From positions 15,562,001 through 15,626,000 of the forward strand of contig OZ316776.1 of the NCBI GenBank assembly GCA_973851085.1: DNA of 64,000 nt, in the 5' to 3' direction. The notes beneath the pieces were generated by a model that saw nothing but the letters and a program-made list of their open reading frames with translations, did not search any database and was not told the DNA's origin. Below, piece by piece: positions 13,181-25,782 of the stretch. The translations under genes were made by a program, and so were the position numbers. How positions within the stretch are numbered: the first letter of the stretch is position 1; each line of letters begins with the position of its first letter. This DNA is from Ptychomitrium polyphyllum. Lineage: Eukaryota.

Positions 13181-15486
13181 ATGGATAATGTTGTGATAAG
13201 CCGACGCTTGGTTTCCATGGAGACTATTAACTATGTTTGCTTCGTTGCAGTGATTTGTACGGTTTTCTCTTTCACATGTAAGTCCCCTTGAACTGAGATC
13301 CTGATATGTCGGTGCAGTTGTTGCGAACCAAATCGTGCATGCTTTTGTAGACTAGTGCTTCGTTCTCTGGTTTCAAGCTCTGCTCGCTTTCGGAGGCTCA
13401 CTTGGATTTCATAGTTCCACCTTAGATCATTTCTAGATCCTTGCTGTAGAAGTCCTCTTGAGAATGGTTCTCTTCTATCGAATCCTGTCGTACCTTCTCT
13501 GATTCCTAGTCGAACTTGCCATGGCCTAGAAACTACTCAACAGCTAGGAATATCGAACACATGATCTGCTTTGATTCACGGATCATTTGGAAACGCTCTG
13601 AGTGGACGAGCTCTGACCTTCACGTCATCTCCCATCGCACACAACGAACTGACAGATCGAAGTGAGTCCTCGGATTGGCAGAAAACAAGTGATAATGATA
13701 ATCAGTGGATCATCTGATGATTGAACTGCAGATGTTGACGGAGCCGCGGTACCACCCGATGCTTGTTACTGGCGCCAAGGCAGTCTCATCAACCGCATTC
13801 CCACCGGCGCTACAAAAGACCTCCAACACTGCAGATTTGTGGTTTGAATTCCCTTTCCGAATAATTTAAATCACCAGAGTTAGGTTTCGAGGGTGAGATT
13901 GGAGCTGAACTATTCTAGAGCTGAAAGGATTTGGTGAGGGTTTAGCAATTCAGCGCTGATCGAGTTGTGACTTTGCAGGTGCGCGATCCAGAGTTTTTGG
14001 ATCTGCTGGGATCTTCACCGAAGATCGTTGAATTGGTGAAGACGGACGCTCACGAAGGTGGGGTGTGGTACCCTGACAAGAACGAGTTCTATTTCTCGTC
14101 GAGCAGATTTGAGAGCCCAACTGGCGCCGTAAAGACAGACGTAAGCAAATCTCGATCGTGACAATTTCCTCCAAGCCTTGGAGCAAAGTTTTCTTGCTCC
14201 CGGAACGTTGGTCTCATGATATATGTGTCTGTGGTTGCCGCTGAACCAGCTCAAGAACGTGAACCTAAAGACGGGCACTGTGACGGTTCTGAACGATGAC
14301 CCGTACGATGTACCGAACGGAATGGTTCTCGATAACAACGGCAATCTGCTGGTATGCCAGCAAGGGTCGGAGAAGCAAGGCGGTTTCATTCAGAGGCTCA
14401 ACCTGAAGACAGGGAAGAAGACGGTGGTCGCGGACAACTGGTTCGGAGTGCCGTTCAACAGCCCCAACGACGCAGTCGTCCAACGCGATGGCTCTATCTG
14501 GTTCACAGATCCCAGCTACGGCAGCGTGCAGGGCTTCCGAAGCGCGCCTAAGGTGAACAACCAGGTCTACAGGATTAGCGTCTCTGGCGTGGTGGACGCC
14601 ATGGCCGACGGCTTTACGCAGCCCAACGGGCTGGCCTTCTCGCACGACGAGAAGCGTCTCTACGTCACGGACACAGGGTTCGCACTTGGGTATGACATCT
14701 GATCCAAACTTTGCTCTCTAACTTTAAGCCTGTCATCCTTATGCATTGTGAACATGCGAAGAGGAAAAAATCTGATGATGCTCGTATCCCAGAGCGCCTA
14801 GAAACCCTAAAGTCGGTGCTTGGTTCATCTTGAACAGGAACCAGGGACAATTCGATGTCACAAGACCACACTCAGTCACAGTCTTCGACGTTGGTGCCGA
14901 TGGATTCCTTAGCAACCGACGGTTGTTTGCCTCGGTTGGAGTTTACGACGGAAGTGGCCCGGGGCTTGGAGTTCCAGATGGTATTAAGGTCGACACCAAG
15001 GAACGAGTTTATGTCGCCACTGTGGATGGAGTGCAAGGTTAGTGCTGCAATCTTCTGACGCTACAGACCCAATTACATTAGTGCTCCTCCATTTTGAGTT
15101 TCAACTTTCGGTACATTATGCAATCTACTGAGAATCTTGCCCTGTGTGTGCGCTACTTCAGTATTCGCCCATTCAGGGAGGCCGTTGGGTCTCATCCGTC
15201 AACCTGGGGTAGGTAACATGGGATTTGCAGGAAAGGGCCTTGACACCATGTACATGCTAAATGATACAGCCGTCTCTTATGTCAAGCTGAAGGTACTTTG
15301 ATATTACAATTATCAAGTGCAGACTCTCCTTTGAAGTTTTTGTGTTTACTTTCAATAGATAGAATTGCTGATCTCATCAAGAAATTAGCAGTACAGTGCA
15401 GTAGTTGGGTTCCGATTGTTGACGTACGTGTACTTGGTGTGGTGCAGGTCAAAGCCGCTGGGCTCAAGTATGCAGGCATGACCTAG
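13181..15486 (+). CDS. SMP-30/gluconolactonase/LRE-family beta-propeller lactonase with a hydrophobic N-terminal leader
   Basis: Exons ~13181-13277, 13732-13841, 13979-14140, 14250-14689, 14838-15037, 15162-15292, 15448-15486 splice in frame. Motifs AHEGG, VPNG, FNSPND, IWFTDPSYG, QPNGLAFS, VPDGIKVD carry the family's E/N/N/D metal ligands. Exon 1 encodes VCFVAVICTVFSF. The first two exons are less certain. Confidence 0.9.
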
Positions 15487-16395
15487 TTTGGTGGAGACGG
15501 TTCTGAAGTTGGGGTTGTGGGGTTGCAGAACAGAAACCCATAATCGCTCACGTGGTTGAGAATTCGATTGAGCAAAAATTTTCAGTTGTAGGTTACTTCT
15601 CTGTAGAAACATCAAGTTCAATAATCGCTCACTTGCAAATGAATTAGGACGTATCTTTCGAATTTCACCACAAAGCAATGAAATTCGATCAAATTCTTCT
15701 CGCTGGCATCTCCACTTGCGGAACTTTACATATTGTACATGGGAGAAGATGCGGAGTAACCTTTCAACAGGTAACTCTTACAACAATCAACCCAATTGGA
15801 AATGACTGAACTATTCAACTCTCAAAATGAAGCATAATCATGTGTGTGTATATAGGTAGTCGTCCAAACATCACTTGTCTTGGAACTAGTAGACAAAATA
15901 CGTTATGGAGTGGTAATCTGAACACAATATCCATCGATTCTCAATGTAGCCGTCTGTGAACTGCAGCTGAACAAATCTCGTATTTGGGCTATACATGAAA
16001 ATATACATTGTACAAGACTACAGCTTCTCAACATAGCTGAAAAGCTTTCGAACTTCCCTAGACCGGACGAACCGACATCTTAAAACAAACCCGTATATTT
16101 GTTTGAGCAGAAAACTTCTACTGACAGTTGCACAGGAAAACTCCTATGATGATCTGGAATAAGAATTTATGTCAGAATCTGTGGATAGAACTGATGCGTA
16201 GTCTCGTTAACACTAGTGCTGCAGCGCTTTAAAATAAACATTTCCATTCCCAAATCGCAAGGCCTGACTCTATGCTCGCAAAGATGGACAACTATAACAC
16301 GAAAGCATAAACGTTCAAGGATACTTGTGAGACCCGTGTAAAGAGCTAGAAATAGACCACATCTCAGCGTCAGAATCCAGAGATCTTGTGATGAC

Positions 16396-18680
16396 TTAAT
16401 CCAAAGCAGCTTTAGCACGTCGGTGCGCCTGTGTAATACCGTCTAATACAATAGGAGTTCCTGAGGCAGGCAATGCTCCAATTGAAGGTTTTCCAATTTC
16501 TTGAGTGCTGGTCGGATTTGCTGATTGAAGAACCTTGGATATGAGGCCCTCGACAGCTCCCTTTCCTCCCAAAAGAGCGGCTCCAATAGTCTTTACGCTG
16601 CCTGACGCCAAAGGTCCTTCGCCAGCATTGTGCCAACTGCGGTTGCAAGATAAGCTAGAGTTGGAGTATTTCGCTCTTAGAGCAGGACCTCTCTCGGGAA
16701 AATTTCCCCTCTCACTAACATAAAGAATTTCATCACTGCCAAAATCGCCTCTTCCTCGCCTTCTAATAGGCCTTTCCTTAATGGGTACATCGGCCTCAGT
16801 AACTACCTCAATCTCTCGAAACTTATCACCTACTCCTAATGGATCTCTACTAGACTTCATGAGGTCAGACGCTGCTAAAGGCGATTGGAGGCTATTTATC
16901 AACCAACCTGAGTCTGATAGGCTACTTGTTTCTCGTGTCCCAGTCGCAAGTCTTCGAGAATCGGCTGTATCTGAGGCACGAAACATTGGCGAAAATGGTG
17001 AATCGTCTTTCATAGTTCCAGTGTCAGAGCTGAACGTGGCAAGTTCGGTGCCTTCTCCATCGATTCTAGATGAAGGCAAGCCATAGTACCCTCTTAACAA
17101 TTCCATGGCGGATGACCGTTGTGTTCTCTCTCGTCCTTTATGGTTAAGCTTTGAGTCTTGGCTGCTGACATGGTGTAACCCAGACCGGGACGCAGAAGTC
17201 TCAAATCTGCATGAATGAGTGAAGTTCACTGAAATCAATACATGCTCATTTATCTCACTCAGAAGCAATATACGCTATATTCATTTTCCAGTACTACAAT
17301 CTTTGAACTTGTCGCTCTAATCCACGCTTTCTGCGGATAAAATCGGTGCCATATGCGTCGCAACTGGATCCATATCCCCTCATCAAAGAATGATTCAAAC
17401 CATCTGACACCCGCAAATCACCTCTCATAGTAGTAAACTGGAAGTAACCTGGAACGGCCAAAGTACGTTATGGCAGTTGAAGGTGAATGCCGGCCAGGTG
17501 GTATCCGTAATGTCTTAAGCGCAAACATCTGAAAATCTGTTGTCAATCCATTCAAACGCTTGACATCTGCCACCTGAAAAACGAAGCCCAAAACATATGC
17601 CAAGGAAAAAATGTCAGTATAGAGTGCAATAAGACTGCTCACACAGCCTCTTCAAGTTCATAAAAGTACGACGCGAAGGCGAGCCAAGCTTCGGTATAGA
17701 CAAGACTCTGTAGATGACTTATGGACCCACATAGTAAGTCCTGAGACAACAGGCAAACCGCAGTTACACCCAAAGCCAACAACATAGCTCCTTCCTATCC
17801 AACAAGCAAAAGGATTGACAACAAATTGAAGCACCAATTAGACTTTACAAATAAGCACAAGAAAGTAGTAAATTCTGAAGAGATGATAGACTTTCTTGGA
17901 GCTTAGCTCAAACAGCCGATTGAAATCAGTTAAGTATCGCTCAGAAAAAACTATAATTGCAAGGGTTTGTACGTCAATTAGAAAGGGAAAAGAAATCCTA
18001 GCCAATAATGATCGATAATGAATGATGATTCAAACCGGAATTTCGTAAAAGCAAACCCTAGCTCGTGAGTCATATTGACAAACTCACTAGAACCTTTGAG
18101 CGATTGCAACAATCTTAGCCTTCAGATTTTGATTATAAGACCGTTTTGAACTAATCTGGAAAGGCGAACAGCAAAGAAAAGTGGAGCACCAATACAAATG
18201 GCAATCAGAGGTGTGAAAATAGGATAGTTCTAGGTCATCATAACCAACATAAGCCACCATCCTCTTGTGGAACAAAACCCATATTACTTCGTCAAAATGC
18301 AGAGAAGCAACAGCTGTACGTTCCTACAACCATGACACACCTTTTGAGATAAATTTTATCTCCAACTCCAAGGAGCGTCTAGGGGCACCTTGGTGCTTGG
18401 CAACATCGATCAACAATGCTGGATATGTCCTTCCGCAGCAATGCTGCATGCGGAAGAATGAGGACAGAGGTATATCAGTAGCACATACAGCCATAGGCAG
18501 GACGCAAGCTAGGTCTTTAAAAACAAATACGCATATTCTTGTGAAAAAAAATGATCATACCTCAACGCCGTATTTGATGGCAACTCCGGCCAGAGTATCA
18601 AGCTTGGAAATAGTGTGCTCAATGCAGTCCCCAGTGCCGGAAGTGCTCGCATCGCTACTGGACGGTGATCGATCGGCCAT
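16396..18680 (-). CDS. LysM domain-containing protein (N-terminal LysM, Ser-rich disordered tail, no signal peptide)
   Basis: Exons ~18680-18561, 17572-17450, 17207-16396. Spliced LysM reads CIEHTISKLDTLAGVAIKYGVE|VADVKRLNGLTTDFQMFALKTLRIPPGRH. The C-terminus RRAKAALD* resembles plant intracellular LysM proteins. Confidence 0.88.
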
Positions 18681-21260
18681 GTAGCTAGCAGAGGGCATAC
18701 CACCCCAATGCAACTCCTCTGCTGGTTTTCGCCAGATCTGGAAAAAGAACAGCCTCTATCGCAGTGTCACGAACAAATGCACCCCATTGACGAATAAGGT
18801 CCTCACCAGAGCTGTACTCATTCGTCTCGAGTCAGATGTACTTTCTCTTCTCGGGCAACCATTTTGAATGCACACTCATACCCAGTGACTGCAAACGCAA
18901 ACCCGCACCTGCTCATGCATCGCAGCATACAAAGGCCAGATCATTTTATCAACTTCCAAACGCTCCCGAGACAAAATCTTCTGCATTCGAAAAATCCTTC
19001 CGATCTGAGAAACGCCCACACAGCGCACGCATCGCAAAACCAACCTCCTTCTCCACAACTAACACTCAAACCACCATATCTAAGGCACCAGTTCTACAAC
19101 CAACTCCTTGACCACCTCCACGAATTCTCTAATATCTTCTCTCTCGAACCCTACCTCCAGCACTCCCTTCTCCACTCCCACCTGCACCTCAAACCGCCCT
19201 AACATCCTCAGATCTGCCACAACCTCCCCCGCATCTTCCCTTCTCGCCCCTGCCACATCTCCTCAGACTAAAGAATCCTCTTGTCAATAGCAATCATTTA
19301 CACAAACAATGTCTATCATGCCACACTGTTCACTAATACCATCTGTTTCCTTTGACTCATAAATTTTTGCAAACAACTTTCACAGATTGTTTGCTCCTTA
19401 CAGACACCACCAGCGTTCTACAGTGTATGCTGTACACTACATACACATGAGAGAATGATAGTGCCAAGAGAGATGCATACATCCACATAAAAGAAATTAG
19501 TAACATCAGACTCGATTAGGAAAGAAAAACCTGCAAGTGACATTTTTTGCCAATCTCTTATTGCACTGCTAAAATGTACATATGTATTGCCGTATGTGTG
19601 TTGGTAAATATATACAGCATCCTGTACATGTGCACTTCAGCAATTTTATGCTTTTTTAAGTCCCTTCTCTCGAGGATTCTGGGGTTCTCATTCAAACTAC
19701 AACCACCATCAATAACAAAGTTGGCGAATTTCAGGCTCCTGATTCATTTCACTTTCTGCATCCACTCTTGTTCCGATTATTATGCACAACACAGACCAGG
19801 CCATGGACTCAGTCAGTTGGCCGTGCTTTAACAACATTCCAAAATTTACAACTTCTTATTAGGTTATGTACTAATACCGCCGTAGTATATGGTGCAGTAT
19901 TTCTAATAAATTCAGTCAGTTGTTGCTCAACTAATCCTCCTATGCACTTCGGATACAGTAGAAGACCTTTCGTGAAGATTGGTTCAGGTCCAGCTTTCCG
20001 AGTCTAGGAAAACTACAGGCAAGATATATAGATCGTGCTGTACTCTTGCCACTTTTGCGATTTAATTTCAGACGGATGTACGTACGGTGTGTGATTTACT
20101 GCGATTTGAGCAAATACAGCACTTCGAGGGAAGACTCTTTTAGCACAGGCTGGCTCAGGAAGGCTACTGGGGTGACAAGTTGGCCATGTGAACTATAAAA
20201 CTCAGTTGGTGAGAAATAATCTCAGTGCTCGTAGGAAGTCAGACTCAGCTCAAAGGGATTTGTCAGAGAATTGAAGAGCTTCTGCGATCGGTGGCATTCC
20301 TCCTGTAATCAATGTTGGGCAATGGTTGTCATCCAGCAAGGAATACATCCATTAACTAATTGGAGTCGTCCTAGCCCTTCTTCTGACCAGGTATGGAGTT
20401 TGCTCTTGTTTTGTGTCGGATTCTGTGGCCTTGGCTTTCACTCCTGTTGCAGTCACAGTCACTTTACCGAGATGGAAAACTTAAAGAGAATTCCTCATCA
20501 CTAAACTAAGTTAGTGCAACTACCTAGTGACTTCATGATCCATACTGCAAAGCGTCAGAAGTCTTGTCAAAGAATTGTGAGAAACTGGAAGGACTACAAT
20601 TCTTTTTCTCAACGAGATCAACCTTGACCCTGCAACGCTTGACAGTCTGTCAGGAGACTGCAGTTCACAAGTTACGTAACTTACACGCATGCGCGGTGCA
20701 AAACAAACTAAGTAAAGCTGCACACAAGCAAACCACTTGATGATTACTGTAGATGTGGAGGGGGGAGGGGAGGGGAGTGCACTAAAGAGAAACAAGGAGT
20801 TAAAGTTCGGTGGCTACCGACCAGCTACTGCTCTGTACATACATACAACCTACAGTGATTTTCAGCACATATGCACTTGGAGACTTCGTCTACACAAGAG
20901 GATGCTATAAACATAAGTGACAATGACATGCTCAATTTTCTACACTATCGCAAATTATATGTCGAAGCCCTTTATTACTGCCGGCGTTTACTTGGCCTTT
21001 ACCTGTCAAAACCAAAATGAGTTACAGATGAGCACGTACAGTAACTACAAAAACGACAGTTTGACCCCCATGAAAAGGAAAACAAAGAGAAGAGGACAAG
21101 TGAAAGAAAGCCATTATCCAGAATCTCATAGGTACCTTAAAATCAACAGGCATAGACCAACTGGTGTTGCAGGGTACTAGCAAGTTAGCAACAACTGAAG
21201 ACTCACAGCTGGAGTACAAATCATAAACAGGAATATACATGAGTTGACTTGATTTGGAAA

Positions 21261-21299
21261 ATATATATGTGTATATATATAAATATATATATATATATT
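21261..21299. repeat. Interrupted (TA)n microsatellite
   Basis: TA dinucleotide runs are directly visible. Confidence 0.85.
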
Positions 21300-21912
21300 A
21301 TGTATGTTAAACAGACCAGGCTAGTGACTCAATTTCACAGAGCCTTGCCATCAGTGCCGCGGAATGTGCACTACTAATCAATGATCGATCCACGTAAGAG
21401 GCCTACAGCACTACTTTAATGTACGACGAACGTCAACTACATGGAGCTACACTAAACGAATAACCTAATGGCTTATGAGGTTCATGTCGAAAAACCATGG
21501 TCGGGTTGAAAAACAGTATTGGCAAATAGTACTCTTTACAACTCAAGCCATTTAACCTCAATCAGTGCTTCACCTTGAAGAGGACAATATGGGGTGCTCT
21601 GCTTCTAATAGAAGCTCCTCATCAGCCACTCTTCCACTCCCGCTTCTCGAGCTAAACTCCTGCCAGTATAAGTTGGTTGCAGGTGCAACTGTGCAGCTTC
21701 ACTCCAAGCTGCACGATGGGGACAATCCTCTGAAGAGTACAGAGCTTCCATCATAATCATATCCTTCTGAACTGAAGGCCTCAGTACAAGAAAGCTTCAT
21801 AATACCCCTGTTTTAAGTTGATTGGAGAAGACCGCCGGGACGTCCTGGAGCAGGGAGCAGGCTCAATGAACTTGAGAAAGTAAAAATTCAGTAATACATC
21901 ACCTGATGTGAT

Positions 21913-24717
21913 TCAACCATGTGGCTCACCGATGAGATCAAGCCCCACCACTAGAAACGATATGCCTTGAAACAGGAGAAAGTAGAAGTGGATTCCTTGC
22001 GCTGAAAGGAGACTCCTTGCTGAAGCAGTCAAAAGCAGGAAAGCTAATGAAAGCTCCTTACGATACAAACGGTTTTTTTTCTTGGGTACTGCCTCTGCAG
22101 GTGCTGATTCAGCCTGCTTTTGTTTCAGAGCATCTATGCCGGACTCTGATACACCTCTTCCCAGAACGACAGGCGCACTTGTCACTCCTTCCACCTGGTT
22201 CAAGAGCTCTGCCTCTGAAGAGGATGTTTCTAAACCTTCTAATGCTTTAGATCCAGATTTCTTGGTGACAACCCACTCTTGAGAACTACGGAGTTGAAAA
22301 AGCCCCGAGATCATAGCATTGAACTTGGTGACGGACATAGTGTTCTCGAAGAGCAGGAAGGGTACGAGGAAAGGGAAAGACTTGGGTGAAGGGATGACGT
22401 TCAAGAGAGACATCAGCGCTGGAATGTAGCACACGACCCAAGCTGGCAGAGTTGCTTCGGGCACAAACATGGTCATGGGAAGGATGATACAAAAGAGAGT
22501 GAAGGAGTAAAATGGAAGGATAAGCTTTCTTAAAAGAAAAAAGAGAAAAATCATGTTGAACTTTTTCGTCCAGGAAATCTGCACATTGCAGAGGGTGTAC
22601 TCAGCAGAATGCCATTTTTCAAGCAACAGAACCATCATCTTGAGAATCAAATTACGAAAGCAGAAAATGAAAGCGAACAACGAGTGCAAAAAAAATAACA
22701 TGACGACATTAACAGAGACCTGCTACTCACCTTAGCTGAGATGATGTCTGGGAGCGCTAAGCGAAAAAGCTGCATAGGACCAGAATGCCATCGATGTTGC
22801 TGTTTGCGGTATGCTTCATACGACTCTGGAAGCTCACATATAGACTGCAGTAGAATTCCACCCAAAGGTCTTAGCATCAAAACACTGCTATAGAATATCC
22901 ATTGGACATCCACTTATAACACAAACCATCGAGGTATCGGATCACTACATCATGGCAATTAATTAAGTACAAGGCATAATTTCACCGGACGTTTCCTAAC
23001 TTGATGCAATTGGTGCTTCTGAGGTTCGATGTGCAGGAACTATCCTAACCGAAAACACCCTCAAGAGACTTACCCGGACATCATTGAGAAAGATGAACTT
23101 CCAACCCTTGAGATGAGCCCTGACAGCAATATCCATGTCCTCGACAGTAGTACGATCCAACCAGCCGCCGGATTCCTCCAGTGCTTTAATTCTCCAGACT
23201 CCCGCAGTACCATTGAAGCCAAAGAAATTGAGAAACACACCATTAACTTGCTGTTCAACTTCGAAGTGAAAAGACAAGTTGATGTTCTGAAGACGAGTCA
23301 GAAGATTCTCGTCCTTATTCACAAAGGACCACCGGGCTTGCACAAGCGCTAATTCTGGATTGTCCTGTAAGCGAAACAACTGGCTGTTAGTAAACATTTC
23401 ATGAACTGTCCCTACCATCTTGAGTATGCTTCACCGGACCAGTGAATAGGTCAATCCAAATGATTTGCCAAGACTGATTCAAAGAAAGCACGAACGTCCC
23501 GCAAACAAGTCAAGCTTCAAGGATTACCCTAAAATGTGGGATCGTCAGTTTCAGAAAGTCCGATTTGGGTTGAAAGTCAGCATCAAAAATAGCCACAAAC
23601 TCGTAGTCCTGCACATAATCGCATTCCATACCCGCCTTCATGTTCCCGGCCTTATAACCTGTACGATTCAACCGATGTCTGTAGAGTATATTGACTCCCT
23701 TCTGCTGCCATTTCTTCGTCTCAGCTTCGATCAGAAGTTGCACTTCCTCGTCAGAAGAATCATCCAACACCTGTATCAGGACTCGGTCTTTCGGCCAATC
23801 AAGCTGACAGGCTGCTGATATGGATTGCTGATAACACTACACACATATCACAAAATGAAAGAGAGTCAACTAGTGCTCGAGCTACATGACCATATGTTCA
23901 AAAGAGCACCGCATCTTGTTCTGGTGCAAAAGAGAAAATAACAAGTAGAAGTATATATGAATCAGAAGTAAAGCCTCATATCTATCCCCAGATCCACCGC
24001 AACTATATTTAGGGTTTGAGGGAAGACACAAACCTCGCGCTCGTTGCACATGGGCATCTGCACCAAGCACATGGGATACCCCTTGTTCGGCTGCTCAACA
24101 TCATCAGATTCTAGAGAAGGGTTCACTGGAACCGGCCTAATTTTTTTCCACTTGATGTACACACATCCGAAGCACAAGATGATCCGATCGAGCGATTGAA
24201 GGAGAAACAACCAGATACAGAAATCGGTCACTTTCTGTAGCGCCGGAGCGATGTACTCAGCGCGAATGTACATCCATCCCAGATACAAAGTGTGCGGCAC
24301 CGACTGTAAACTGAAAGATGGCCATTGTGGCACTGAGAGTTGCCAGCCTTTGCTATGAGCTCCCACTTCAATACACAGCATGATCAACGCAAGAACTAAA
24401 AAGCAAGTAAGGACATGAAAATGTTTCCTCTTGGAATGGCCCTCCGACTGGACAATGCCACGCCGCAGAATGAGACGCTCCTTCACAGCGCTCAGCAGGG
24501 TCACCACCCCTGACCACGCCCACGCCACGAATCCCGCCGCCTTGTTAGCCTTGAGAAGAAAAACCCACGACATCTGCTTTGCGTCTTTTCTCTTGCCTAT
24601 GGTCGGGCTGTCAACCTCCAACATGTCGTAGTTGGGGTTCTCCATCTTCACCGCCACTGGCTTGCCCCGCTTCTGCTCGTTGCTGAACCAATCGGCGAAA
24701 TCGAACTTGGAAGCCAT
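21913..24717 (-). CDS. CSLC: Cellulose synthase-like C (GT2; xyloglucan backbone beta-1,4-glucan synthase), 5 exons
   Basis: Exons ~24717-24034, 23833-23529, 23366-23073, 22845-22731, 22578-21913. Motifs [40 protein letters not shown] (QxxRW) and the C-terminal [23 protein letters not shown] typical of CSLC. Confidence 0.95.
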
Positions 24718-25729
24718 CTCAACGACCTGATGCGGCAAGATTCAACTCAGAAACAGCAAACGTAGAGTCGAATCCTACAATGCTAACCACATGTGCAACC
24801 CGTTGCTAACGATCTCGCAAGATCTCTACCATCAAAAAACACTGTCCGCCATGGCGCAGCATACCTTGACTTCTATCTTCAACAGAAACCCCGCTCGAAG
24901 CACAAACTCTCATAGCTCGTGCCATTCACCCATCTGAGCTCCACCATCTACTGTCGTCTCACACAAACTGCCACCTTTCCGTGTCTTCCATCCATGTAGC
25001 CACCACTTGGCCCCTAAACCTCTACAAAAGCTAACAATGTCGAATACCCCTCTCAAGGCATCCGTCAGATCAACATGGCACCCGAGTGCATTGCACGCAC
25101 ATACTCACATCTACCTGTCGATTCAACCTCACCTGCACACAATGTAGGTCACCTCACACTGATCTGTTTGACCCCAGATCTGATGGTAGGAGCTAGAAAA
25201 CAAGTTCGGATCACGAACTCCAACTTTTGAAACCAGCACCAATGCGTGGACTACAAATGCAAGCGCGAGCTCCAAATGCAAACGCAACGCCGCCACTGAC
25301 GCTTGAGTGCAAAACCCATCTGGGTCGCCTCCCTCTCAACCCCACTACCCAAATTCCGTAACATCCGACGCAGATCCCGGCGAAAGTACGTGGCAAGCCT
25401 GTTTTGAAGCTTCCCTCTCACTCCGCACAGGCCACCATCTGACACCAACTTCAAAAGCAACCATACCCGGAGCGCTCGCAACGAAAAGCGGACGTCTCCA
25501 CTGCTCTCCCTACACTCGTCAACCCCTCCTGTGCCCCTCCAAGCGCACCAAAACGATAAAACTGCACCCAAGTTTGCACCCCCGGGCTCGCTGTTGCTCC
25601 ATAAAACTCCAAACTTTATAAGTTTAGTATCCTGCAAAGTTACATGGAGTGATGAATGATGATGACCGCTCACAGCTCTCTGTTGATGTAGATGTTCCTT
25701 GTTGCAAGTGCTTGCGGCTGCTTGCAAAG

Positions 25730-25782
25730 GCTTGGCTTGCTTGGCTTGCTTGGCTTGCTTGGCTTGCTTGGCTTGCCTTGGC
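25730..25782. repeat. 9-bp tandem repeat (CTTGGCTTG)x5-6 upstream of CSLC
   Basis: Directly visible. It produces the AWL/SQA/KPS repeats in the overlapping spurious ORFs. Confidence 0.9.

Noticed and set aside
14015..14645. Antisense ORFs over the lactonase, and similar ones over LysM, CSLC and CorA
   Set aside because: Shadow ORFs produced by GC-rich codons on the coding strand.
6393..18680. Patatin, lactonase and LysM genes as a microbe-defence gene cluster
   Set aside because: Only adjacency supports it. The LysM protein lacks a signal peptide and no shared regulatory signal is visible.
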